DNA of 64,000 nt, taken from an uncultured Paludibacter sp. (GTDB taxonomy: Bacteria; Bacteroidota; Bacteroidia; Bacteroidales; Paludibacteraceae). Positions within the stretch are counted from its first letter, which is position 1. Each line of letters begins with the position of its first letter. Of the stretch, positions 9,562-18,489 are shown one piece after another. A program made the translations under genes and the position numbers. Under the pieces are notes generated by a model. It saw nothing but the letters and a program-made list of their open reading frames with translations. It made no database searches and had not been told where the DNA came from. The DNA lies in assembly GCA_964346125.1 (NCBI GenBank), contig CAYFTO010000001.1, forward strand, positions 193 to 64,192, written 5' to 3'.

Positions 9562-10323
9562 TTATTCAACTTTCTTTAAATCACCTAATTCGTAAACTGG
9601 GAACATATTATCAACCATCCAGTCATTTGATGCTTCTGGTGTCATCTTCCAACCTGAGCTACAAGTGGAAACTACCTCAACAACTGAAGTTCCTTTTTTA
9701 TCCAATGTGTTCTGAAATGCTTGCTTGATCGCTCTTTTTGTTTTACGAACACTGCCAACTGTATGAACAGATTGACGTGTTACGTAGCAAGTACCTGGAA
9801 GTTTCACCAATAATTCTGTAATATCTAATGGGTGTCCGTTTAATGAAACATCACGCCCCTGCGGAGATGTAGCGGTTCTCATATCTACCAATGTCGTTGG
9901 TGCCATTTGTCCACCTGTCATACCATATATACCATTGTTTATAAAAATGATGGCCATGTTTTCCCCCCGATTACAGGCATGAATAGTTTCAGCTGTTCCA
10001 ATTGCCGCTAAGTCTCCATCCCCTTGATAAGTAAAAACCATTTTATCCGGCATCAATCGATTTATGGCTGTTGCAACTGCTGGTGCACGCCCATGAGCCG
10101 CCTCCTGCCAATCAATATCGATATACTTATAAGCAAATACTGCACAACCAACTGGAGCCACCCCTATAGATATTTCTGCAATACCCATCTCTTCGATAAT
10201 CTCAGCAATCAACTTATGAACAACACCATGGCTACAGCCTGGACAGTAGTGCATTGGAGTGTCGTTTAGCAGTTTTGGTTTATTATAAACAAGATTCTTA
10301 GGATCTATTATTTTCGTTGTCAT
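9562..10323 (-). CDS. 2-oxoacid:ferredoxin oxidoreductase, beta (TPP-binding) subunit
   Basis: 253 aa. YCPGCSHG Cys motif and GDGD..AIG TPP-binding motif. Confidence 0.85.
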   Translation of the reverse strand: MTTKIIDPKNLVYNKPKLLNDTPMHYCPGCSHGVVHKLIAEIIEEMGIAEISIGVAPVGCAVFAYKYIDIDWQEAAHGRAPAVATAINRLMPDKMVFTYQGDGDLAAIGTAETIHACNRGENMAIIFINNGIYGMTGGQMAPTTLVDMRTATSPQGRDVSLNGHPLDITELLVKLPGTCYVTRQSVHTVGSVRKTKRAIKQAFQNTLDKKGTSVVEVVSTCSSGWKMTPEASNDWMVDNMFPVYELGDLKKVE

Positions 10324-10362
10324 TTTTCTATTTTTTATTGATTATACACATAAGGTGAAACA

Positions 10363-11451
10363 TCATTTTACTAACTTCTGTTTCAATGCATCTAAAATCT
10401 CATCGGGTGAGAAAACAATACCACCCATTCTGCCGTAATGTTCTACAGGAACACCTGTGCACGCCGTTGATAAACGAACATCATCTACCATTTGTCCTGC
10501 ATTGAGCTCAACCGTTAATATTCCTTTTACCTGTTTTCCTAACTCTCTGATTCGCTCAGTAGGGAAAGGGTATAAAGTAATTGCACGCAAAAGACCTACT
10601 TTTAAGCCCTCTTCTCGCGCCATCTCTGCTGCTTTTTGACCTATTCGGGCACTTATGCCAAATCCAACAATTAAATATTCCGCATCTTCACACATAATCT
10701 CTTCATAGCGTACCTCGTTGGCTTCAATTTCACGGTATTTTTTCTGTAAACGTAAATTGATTTTCTCCATCTCTTCTGCTTGAAGTTCAAGCGAAGTAAT
10801 AACATTTGGTTTGCGATCCATTGTACGCCCTACTGCTGCCCAAGGATTTATCTCTCTAATTTCTTCTTCTGTCCAGCGTGGACGATAAGGAGGGAGTACC
10901 AATTTCTCCATCATTTGCCCCACTACACCATCAGCCAAAACTACTGACATAATACGGTACTTAAAAGCCAAATCGAAGGCTAAAACCGTAAAATCGGCCA
11001 TTTCTTGTACTGTAGCAGGCGCTAATGTTATAACCTTATAGTCACCGTGTCCACCTCCTTTTACAATTTGATTATAATCAGACTGACTTGGCTGAATTGT
11101 TCCTAAACCTGGTCCACCACGCATCACATCAACCACAACACAGGGTAACTCTGCACCAGCAATATATGAGAAGCCCTCTAACATCAAACTTACCCCGGGG
11201 CTTGAAGACGAAGTCATCACTCGTTTACCCGAACCAGCTCCTCCATATACCATATTAATCGATGATGTTTCGCTTTCAGCTTGCAAGACCACCATTCCTG
11301 TTGTTTCCCAAGGCTTTAGATCCATCAAAGTTTCCATAACTTCAGACTGCGGAGTAATTGGATATCCAAAATAGCCATCACAACCAGCTCGCACAGCAGC
11401 GTGTGCTATGGCTTCATTGCCCTTCATTAATAATACTTCTTCTTGTTTCAT
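10363..11451 (-). CDS. 2-oxoacid:ferredoxin oxidoreductase, alpha subunit (VorB/KorA-like)
   Basis: 362 aa. N-terminus MKGNEAIAHAAVRAGCDGYFGYPITPQSE is typical of OFOR alpha subunits. Confidence 0.85.
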   Translation of the reverse strand: MKQEEVLLMKGNEAIAHAAVRAGCDGYFGYPITPQSEVMETLMDLKPWETTGMVVLQAESETSSINMVYGGAGSGKRVMTSSSSPGVSLMLEGFSYIAGAELPCVVVDVMRGGPGLGTIQPSQSDYNQIVKGGGHGDYKVITLAPATVQEMADFTVLAFDLAFKYRIMSVVLADGVVGQMMEKLVLPPYRPRWTEEEIREINPWAAVGRTMDRKPNVITSLELQAEEMEKINLRLQKKYREIEANEVRYEEIMCEDAEYLIVGFGISARIGQKAAEMAREEGLKVGLLRAITLYPFPTERIRELGKQVKGILTVELNAGQMVDDVRLSTACTGVPVEHYGRMGGIVFSPDEILDALKQKLVK

Positions 11452-11506
11452 ATCATAAAATTTTACATTTTCATTTTGCTATTAATTAATATTTATACTT
11501 AAATAA

Positions 11507-11734
11507 TTAATCAACTCTAATTCTATAAACTTCAATACATGCGTCTGGGCATACCAACGCACACGCCATACATCCTGTACAGGAGTCAGGGTGCTCCATA
11601 TAAGAGTAGTTATAGCCTTTTGAATTTGCCTCTTTATTCAACAATAAAACATCTTGCGGACAGGCCACTACACAAAGATTACACCCCTTGCATCGTTCAG
11701 TTTCGACAATGATTGCACCTTTAACTTTAGCCAT
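11507..11734 (-). CDS. 4Fe-4S dicluster ferredoxin-like delta subunit of the OFOR
   Basis: 75 aa. Two CxxCxxCxxxCP motifs (CKGCNLCVVACP and CTGCMACALVCP). Confidence 0.85.
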   Translation of the reverse strand: MAKVKGAIIVETERCKGCNLCVVACPQDVLLLNKEANSKGYNYSYMEHPDSCTGCMACALVCPDACIEVYRIRVD

Positions 11735-11790
11735 AGTAATTTTTTATTTTTAATTTATTATTCCTATTTTGTCAATTTATTATAGTGATT

Positions 11791-12594
11791 TTATCGACGA
11801 TGATAATACATCCAATCTAAAAAATCTGGATAAGCAAATGCAGGAGTCCAACTATCATGTCCTACTCCTGGAAACTCAATGTACTCAACCCTACGAGATC
11901 CATTTGCTTTTAATTCAATATAAGCATTTTTCGAAAATTCACTTGACACAACTTTATCATTGCTACCATGAAAAATTCGAATGGGTAATTTATTAAGTTT
12001 TTTACTTAATCGCGCTGGATGAATTCCTCCACAAATTGGAATTGCTGCTGCAAAGTATTTTGGATAGCGGCTAATCAAATCAAATGTGCCCATGCCACCC
12101 ATAGATAGCCCCATTACATAGATGCGTTTTTTATCTACAGCTTCATTTTTTACAAACGAGTCGGCCAGCTTCTTCGCAAGCATTAAAGATTTTGTTATTT
12201 TTGGCTTCTTATCAAACTCTATTCCGTCTGCAGTTCTCTTTTCGAAATTAACCCAGTAAGAGTTTTCTGGACATTGAGGAAAAATAACAATTGAAGGATA
12301 ATCTTTCTGGTTATTTTCGTCAACAAACAGCTTTGAACCATGAATCAATTGTCTTTCATTATCACTCCCCCGTTCACCCGCACCGTGCAAAAATAGAACC
12401 AAGGGATACTTTTCGTTTTTATTATAATTTTCAGGAAAAAGAACTTGATACCTCAAAGTGTCACCTTTGTGAATAAATTCTCTTTTTTGAAAACTTCCTG
12501 CTTTGGCAACAAAAGGAAATAATAGAAAAATAATGAAAATATAGTGAATAAACCTATTCATGGTATTACTTTTTGTTTGTGTTTGTTTTTGCAT
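11791..12594 (-). CDS. Secreted alpha/beta-hydrolase (esterase / predicted peptidase family)
   Basis: 267 aa with a signal peptide. Contains LFLHGAGERG, the nucleophile elbow GLSMGG, and a C-terminal GVGHDSW. Confidence 0.7.
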   Translation of the reverse strand: MQKQTQTKSNTMNRFIHYIFIIFLLFPFVAKAGSFQKREFIHKGDTLRYQVLFPENYNKNEKYPLVLFLHGAGERGSDNERQLIHGSKLFVDENNQKDYPSIVIFPQCPENSYWVNFEKRTADGIEFDKKPKITKSLMLAKKLADSFVKNEAVDKKRIYVMGLSMGGMGTFDLISRYPKYFAAAIPICGGIHPARLSKKLNKLPIRIFHGSNDKVVSSEFSKNAYIELKANGSRRVEYIEFPGVGHDSWTPAFAYPDFLDWMYYHRR

Positions 12595-12946
12595 TTTCTT
12601 ATAAAATGTAATTTAGAAACATGATTTTTATTTCAGTTAGCACATCAAAACAAAGCTCAATAATAAAAGTGTAAGTTTTTGTACGCTTAACCTCAAATCA
12701 TATCCTGAAATCATGTTCAAATATAGTCATTTCTATCAAGATAGCATATAATTAAACATATTTTATTACTATTTTCACTTGAGTATTTAATAGTCTTTTA
12801 CCATAAACGAAAAATAAAATTAATAAAGTTGTTTTTTAAATACTAAATTCATATTATTATCTTCAAATAAAGTGTTAATCACTTCAGTTTTAGAGATATT
12901 CAATATTCGTTAATAACAATAAACCTAAACATCTAAAATATTTCAT

Positions 12947-12954
12947 TATTTTTG
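12947..12954 (+). promoter_or_regulatory. -7 promoter element TATTTTTG for GH84 copy 1
   Basis: TAnnTTTG match 61 nt upstream of the ATG. It lies inside the duplicated upstream block. Confidence 0.5.
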
Positions 12955-13014
12955 CCTTTATTTCTTTTAAATCAATTAGTAAAAACTTTATAACAATTAA
13001 TTTTTAAAAATTCT

Positions 13015-15291
13015 ATGAAATTTAATCGTATCACATTTATTTTTATTTTCACTATCCTGTTTTACGGAATGAGTTATGCGCAGCAAGTACGCATATCGCC
13101 TGTACCTCAATCAATCACATGGGGCAGTAAAGCATTTGACAATACTGTGAACTTTAGAATCACTGGCGCCACTGATGCAGACGTAGATGCTGTCAAACTC
13201 CTACAAGATAAATTAGCTATAAGCTCTAATGGTGCTGTTGAAATAATTATTGGTCAAAAAGGGCAAGCTGCTATACAAGCTGTTGAATTCGATATTCCCA
13301 ATAGAACAGAAGGTTATTTTTTAGATGTTCAGTCGGATAAAGTTTATATAGCTGGTGCTGATTCTATAGGTACTTATTATGGTGTGCAAACCCTACTACA
13401 AATATTGGCTGCTCCAGAGGTAATGAAAGTAACTGTTGCTGACTACCCACTTGTTTCGGAGCGTGGCTTGATTGAAGGTTTTTACGGAAATCCATTCTCA
13501 TTTGAAGATAGAGTTAGCCAATTTGTGTTTTACGGACAAAACAAGATGAACACCTATATATATGGTCCGAAAGATGACCCTTATCATGGTTTTGGTACAA
13601 AGTGGCGCGACCCTTATCCAACAAAAGAAGCCAATCAAATTAAAGAACTTATAGGAAAAGCACATGAAAACAAAGTGAAATTTGTATGGGCTGTTCACCC
13701 TGGGAATAATATTTTTTGGGATGATAAAGATGGTGACGGTGTAATTGATGACTTTGTAGCTACAAAAAATAAATTTGAAGCGATGTATAATTTAGGAGTA
13801 CGCACTTTTGCAGTATTCTTTGATGATATCGGTGGAATTGGCGCCGATCCTAAAAATCAAGCAAAATTGATGAACTACCTTACAAATGAATTTGTGAAAG
13901 CTAAGCCTGACGTTGACCCATTGATTCTTTGTCCTACTCAATATAATCAATCATGGGCTGGAGGAGAATATTTAAATATACTTGGAGATGAAATGGATGA
14001 GAGTGTACGCATCATGTGGACTGGAAAAAGTGTTGTGCGCATGATTGATGAAGAGACTATGACTTGGATTAACTCACGTATCAAGCGTAAAGCATATATT
14101 TGGCTCAACTATCCTGTAACTGACTATCTAATTGACCGTCTTTTGATGGGTTCTTTTTATGGAAACAGCAAAGATATTGACCATATGTTAGGGGGATTTG
14201 TAGCTAATCCAATGGAGTACGGTGAGGCTTCTAAAGTAGCGCTCTTCAGTGTGGCTGATTACGCTTGGAATATGAGAGATTATGATGAAACAGCTTCTTG
14301 GCATCACGCAATGAGGTTTTTAATGCCTGACAATTACGAGGCTTTCAAAATATTTTGTGAAAACAACGTTGACTTAGGTTCTACAGTACACGGTATGCGT
14401 CGTAAAGATGAATCAAAAAACTTCATTACAGACGCAGATCCTTTCTTGAATAAATACATGAAAGGCGAATACAATAAAGAGCAAGCTACAGCTGTAAAAA
14501 ATCACTTCATCTCTTTCCAAAACTCAACAGATGAACTTCTGAAAAGTACAACTTCACCAGCTCTAATTGAAGAGATAAAACCTTGGGCGCAAGTATTTAG
14601 CTATATAGGAATGAAAGGTGAAGTGATGATGAATATGTTAGAAAATATTCAAAACGAAGAGCCAGAATTATTTATTGAAAACTACCTTCGTCTTGACGCC
14701 ATTGACAAAGAGAAAGACCTTATTCGTTCTCGCAACTTTGAAGGTTCTATTAAGAATCCATTTCCAAAGCCAGCAAATCATGTCGTTGTACCCTATTTGA
14801 AGAAGTTTCTTAATGTCTTAGTGAGTGATTATCGTAGCAAATTTGATTATGGGAAAGAGGTTTTCCCTGAAACTGTTATTGAAAACGGTACCTACTTTAT
14901 CAAGTACAATGGCAAATACCTAACCAATGTGCGCGGAAGTAGCAATCCAAGTTTTGTTGAGAAACGTGATGACATGAACCCACAACGTCAAGAATGGGTT
15001 ATTAACATGGATGCAGAAACTGGCCGATACAGCATTATCAGCTCAGAAGATTCACGCTATATCAATGAGCTAGGAAGCTTTACGCTAAACAATGCATCTA
15101 ATCCATACGATGCTGCTTGGCATTCATTCAACGTGTTCCATTTAGATGGTAAATATGCTATCCAAAATGGAGGCTCAGCCGGTGAAAATATGTGGACTGC
15201 AAACGCTACTCGCATTTCAAAAGGAAGTCAAAAAGAAGCATCAAACGATACATTTATCTTTGAGATTATCCCAACATCTGCTAATAATTAA
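13015..15291 (+). CDS. GH84 beta-N-acetylglucosaminidase (O-GlcNAcase-like), short paralog with one C-terminal beta-trefoil-like module
   Basis: 758 aa with a signal peptide. LIEGFYGNPFSFEDR, NTYIYGPKDDPYH, FVWAVHPG and the catalytic FAVFFDDIGG closely match BtGH84/NagJ-type enzymes. Confidence 0.9.
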   Translation: MKFNRITFIFIFTILFYGMSYAQQVRISPVPQSITWGSKAFDNTVNFRITGATDADVDAVKLLQDKLAISSNGAVEIIIGQKGQAAIQAVEFDIPNRTEGYFLDVQSDKVYIAGADSIGTYYGVQTLLQILAAPEVMKVTVADYPLVSERGLIEGFYGNPFSFEDRVSQFVFYGQNKMNTYIYGPKDDPYHGFGTKWRDPYPTKEANQIKELIGKAHENKVKFVWAVHPGNNIFWDDKDGDGVIDDFVATKNKFEAMYNLGVRTFAVFFDDIGGIGADPKNQAKLMNYLTNEFVKAKPDVDPLILCPTQYNQSWAGGEYLNILGDEMDESVRIMWTGKSVVRMIDEETMTWINSRIKRKAYIWLNYPVTDYLIDRLLMGSFYGNSKDIDHMLGGFVANPMEYGEASKVALFSVADYAWNMRDYDETASWHHAMRFLMPDNYEAFKIFCENNVDLGSTVHGMRRKDESKNFITDADPFLNKYMKGEYNKEQATAVKNHFISFQNSTDELLKSTTSPALIEEIKPWAQVFSYIGMKGEVMMNMLENIQNEEPELFIENYLRLDAIDKEKDLIRSRNFEGSIKNPFPKPANHVVVPYLKKFLNVLVSDYRSKFDYGKEVFPETVIENGTYFIKYNGKYLTNVRGSSNPSFVEKRDDMNPQRQEWVINMDAETGRYSIISSEDSRYINELGSFTLNNASNPYDAAWHSFNVFHLDGKYAIQNGGSAGENMWTANATRISKGSQKEASNDTFIFEIIPTSANN

Positions 15292-15400
15292 TAATATGTA
15301 ATTAAGGAAGAAGGCAAAGAGTGTTTTTTTAATCTATTGATTTTTAGATATATTCATTATTCGTTAATGGCTATAAAGCAAAACATCTAAAATATTTCAT

Positions 15401-15408
15401 TATCTTTG
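15401..15408 (+). promoter_or_regulatory. -7 promoter element TATCTTTG for GH84 copy 2
   Basis: TAnnTTTG match 58 nt upstream of the ATG, at the position homologous to 12947-12954. Confidence 0.5.
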
Positions 15409-15465
15409 CCTTTCTTTTTTTAATCAATTAAATGTAATATTACAACTATCTATTTTAAAAAATCT

Positions 15466-18396
15466 ATGAAATTTAATCAAATCACATTCATTCTTATTTT
15501 TACTTTTCTCTTTTATGGGATGAGCAATGCGCAACAAGTGCGTATATCTCCTGTACCCCAGTCGATTACATGGGGAAGCAAAGCATTTGACAACAGTGTT
15601 AGTTTTAAAATAACAGGATCCGAAGATGCTGACGTAGATGCCGTAAAACTACTACAAAACAAATTATCTATAAGCACGAGTGGTGCAGTTGAGATAATTA
15701 TTGGTCAAAAAGGACAAGCTGCTATTCAGGCTGTTGAATCCAAGATTCCTAATAAATCGGAGGGTTATTTTTTAGATGTTCAGTCTGATAAAGTTTATAT
15801 TGCTGGCGCTGATTCTATGGGTACTTACTATGGTGTTCAAACATTATTGCAGATATTAGCAGCGTCAGAAGTAATGAAAGTAACGATTTCTGACTACCCA
15901 CTTGTTTCGGAGCGTGGTTTGATTGAAGGCTTTTATGGAAACCCATTTTCATTCGATGACAGAGTGAGCCAATTTGTATTTTACGGTCAAAACAAAATGA
16001 ACACCTATATTTATGGACCGAAAGATGACCCTTATCATGGTTTTGGTAACAAATGGCGCGACCCCTATCCAACAAGAGAAGCTAATCGAATGAAGCAACT
16101 TATTGAGAAAGCGCATGAAAACAAAGTGAAGTTTGTGTGGGCTGTTCACCCTGGTAATCACATTTTTTGGGATGATAAAGATGGCGATGGTGTCATTGAT
16201 GATTTTGTAGCTGCAAAAAACAAATTTGAAGCGATGTATGGTTTGGGTGTACGCTCTTTTGCTGTATTCTTTGATGATATTGGCGGTATTGGTGCCGATG
16301 CAAGAAATCAAGCAAAATTGATGAATTACCTAACAAATGAATTTGTAAAAAAGAAACCAGATGTTGATCCATTAATTATTTGTCCTACTCAATACAACCA
16401 ATCATATGCAGGTGGTGATTATCTAAATATTCTTGGAGATGAAATGGATGAAAGTGTACGCATCATGTGGACTGGACAAGGCGTGGTACGCATGATTGAT
16501 GAAAACACAATGACTTGGATTAATTCACGCATCAAGCGTAAAGCGTATATTTGGTTAAACTATCCTGTTACAGACTATTTAATCGACCGTCTTTTGATGG
16601 GTCCTTTTTATGGAAATAGTAAAAACATAGACCATTTATTAGGTGGATATGTTGCTAACCCAATGGAGTATGGCGAGGCTTCTAAAGTTGCACTTTTCAG
16701 TATTGCTGATTATGCTTGGAATATGAAGGATTATAATGAAAACGCTTCTTGGGAGCATGCAATGAGATTCCTAATGCCTGATAATTACGATGCATTCAAA
16801 GTCTTTTGTGAAAACAATGTGGACTTAGGTAATACAGCACACGGTATGCGTCGTAAAGATGAGTCTAAAACTTTCATTACTGATGCGGATCCTTTCTTAA
16901 ATAAGTATATGAAAGGAGAATATAACAATGAAGAAGCCGCTGTTGTGAAAAATCACTTTATCACTATCCAAAACTCAATGGTAGAACTTCTAAACAGTAC
17001 AACATCGCCAGCTCTTATCGAAGAGATTAAACCTTGGGTTCAAGTATTTAATTATATTGGAATGAAAGGTGAAGTGATGATGAATATGTTTGACAATATC
17101 CAAAACGAAGAGCCAGAACTATTTGTCGAAAACTATCTTCGTCTTGACTCGATAGATAAAGTAAAAGATGTAATCCGTTCGCGTGACTTCCCAGGTTCAA
17201 TTAAGAATCCATTCCCAAAACCTGCAAATCACGTTGTAGTACCTTATTTGAAGAAATTTCTTAATGTCTTAGTGAATGATTATCGTAGTAAATTTGACTA
17301 CGGCAGTGAAGTTTTCCCTAAAACAGTACTTGAAAATGGCACTTATTTTATTAAGTATAATGGCAGATACCTAACAAATGCACGTGGAAGTAGCAATCCA
17401 AGTTTTGTTGAGAAACGTGATGATACAAATCCACAGCGTCAAGAGTGGGTTATAAATATGGATGCTGAAACAGGTCGATTCAGCATAATTAGTTCTGAAG
17501 ATTCACGCTACGTAAATGAGTTAGGCAATTTTACGAAAAGCAATACAACTAACCCATATGAAGCTGCTTGGCATTCATACAATATCTTCCGTTTGAATGG
17601 TAAATATGCTATCCAAAATGGTGGTTCAGCTGGCGATAATTTGTGGACTGCAAATGCTACTCGTATTTCAAAAGGTAGTCAAAAAGAAGCATCAAGCGAA
17701 ACATTTATTTTTGAGATTATCCCTACATCTGGTGATAATCCTGAGCATGCAATCTTGGAAGTAGGAGAAAACTATTTTATCAAACACGAAGGCTTGTACC
17801 TAACAAATAATAATCCAAAAGGTAGTGGACAAACACCAACATTCAATGAGTTAAATGAAAACAATAAATCAGCTCAAGAGTGGATATTCACTGTAGATAC
17901 TCAATCAAAGCGATTTAAACTTGTAAGTGCAGCGGATAATCGATATGTCAATGAATTAGGTGTATTTGGTACAAATCCTTTTTATTCTACTTGGAACACT
18001 TATTTAATTTCAGAAGTTGATGGCAAATACTCTATTCGTAATGCAGGAGAAGCTGGAACACAGTATTGGGGTATTAATAACGGGCGCATCGAGCGTGGAG
18101 GACTGAGCTTACAAGAAAGTTATTTGTTTGAGATAATTTCATCGAACCCAAATACGTCTGTAAAAGATGTATTAGAAGTAAGTAATAGTAAACTAAGTAT
18201 CGCAGGAAATCGTTTGACTTTAAGTAGTGACAATACCGTTTCAGTCATGCAACTTTACGGATTGAATGGTAGCGTAATTCGTGAAGTATTTAATAATTGC
18301 AATATGAATATAGCAGGCTTAAATAAGGGTTTTTATCTACTGACAGTTCAATTCAGTAACAAAAGTAAAGAAACATTTAAAGTCTTAGTAAACTAA
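15466..18396 (+). CDS. GH84 beta-N-acetylglucosaminidase, long paralog with two beta-trefoil-like modules and a T9SS C-terminal sorting domain
   Basis: 976 aa. It has the same GH84 motifs as copy 1, including the FFDDIGG catalytic pair. An extra ~130-aa module spans 17758-18144. The C-terminus (...LYGLNGSVIREVF...GFYLLTVQFSNKSKETFKVLVN) is typical of type A T9SS C-terminal domains (CTDs). Confidence 0.9.
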   Translation: MKFNQITFILIFTFLFYGMSNAQQVRISPVPQSITWGSKAFDNSVSFKITGSEDADVDAVKLLQNKLSISTSGAVEIIIGQKGQAAIQAVESKIPNKSEGYFLDVQSDKVYIAGADSMGTYYGVQTLLQILAASEVMKVTISDYPLVSERGLIEGFYGNPFSFDDRVSQFVFYGQNKMNTYIYGPKDDPYHGFGNKWRDPYPTREANRMKQLIEKAHENKVKFVWAVHPGNHIFWDDKDGDGVIDDFVAAKNKFEAMYGLGVRSFAVFFDDIGGIGADARNQAKLMNYLTNEFVKKKPDVDPLIICPTQYNQSYAGGDYLNILGDEMDESVRIMWTGQGVVRMIDENTMTWINSRIKRKAYIWLNYPVTDYLIDRLLMGPFYGNSKNIDHLLGGYVANPMEYGEASKVALFSIADYAWNMKDYNENASWEHAMRFLMPDNYDAFKVFCENNVDLGNTAHGMRRKDESKTFITDADPFLNKYMKGEYNNEEAAVVKNHFITIQNSMVELLNSTTSPALIEEIKPWVQVFNYIGMKGEVMMNMFDNIQNEEPELFVENYLRLDSIDKVKDVIRSRDFPGSIKNPFPKPANHVVVPYLKKFLNVLVNDYRSKFDYGSEVFPKTVLENGTYFIKYNGRYLTNARGSSNPSFVEKRDDTNPQRQEWVINMDAETGRFSIISSEDSRYVNELGNFTKSNTTNPYEAAWHSYNIFRLNGKYAIQNGGSAGDNLWTANATRISKGSQKEASSETFIFEIIPTSGDNPEHAILEVGENYFIKHEGLYLTNNNPKGSGQTPTFNELNENNKSAQEWIFTVDTQSKRFKLVSAADNRYVNELGVFGTNPFYSTWNTYLISEVDGKYSIRNAGEAGTQYWGINNGRIERGGLSLQESYLFEIISSNPNTSVKDVLEVSNSKLSIAGNRLTLSSDNTVSVMQLYGLNGSVIREVFNNCNMNIAGLNKGFYLLTVQFSNKSKETFKVLVN

Positions 18397-18489
18397 AATA
18401 TTAATAGTAAACCTTAGATGGATTAACCTTCTGAGGTTTATTGTTTATTAGAATATATCAATTAATTAATAATAATAATATCAACAACA

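Larger units (their letters stand above)
12888..17770 (+). repeat. Tandem duplication: two ~2.44-kb units (about 12888-15330 and 15341-17770), each carrying a promoter, 5' leader and GH84 coding sequence
   Basis: The ~125 bp upstream of each ATG align (…tagaKatattcaWtattcgttaat…aacatctaaaatatttcattatYtttgccttt…). The coding sequences are collinear for 758 codons. The encoded proteins are roughly 85-90% identical by eye. Confidence 0.9.

Noticed and set aside
15815-16311. Two minus-strand ORFs (86 aa and 120 aa) inside GH84 copy 2, plus the equivalent 13498-13698 ORF in copy 1
   Set aside because: They are antisense to strongly supported GH84 coding sequence. They recur only because the region is duplicated.
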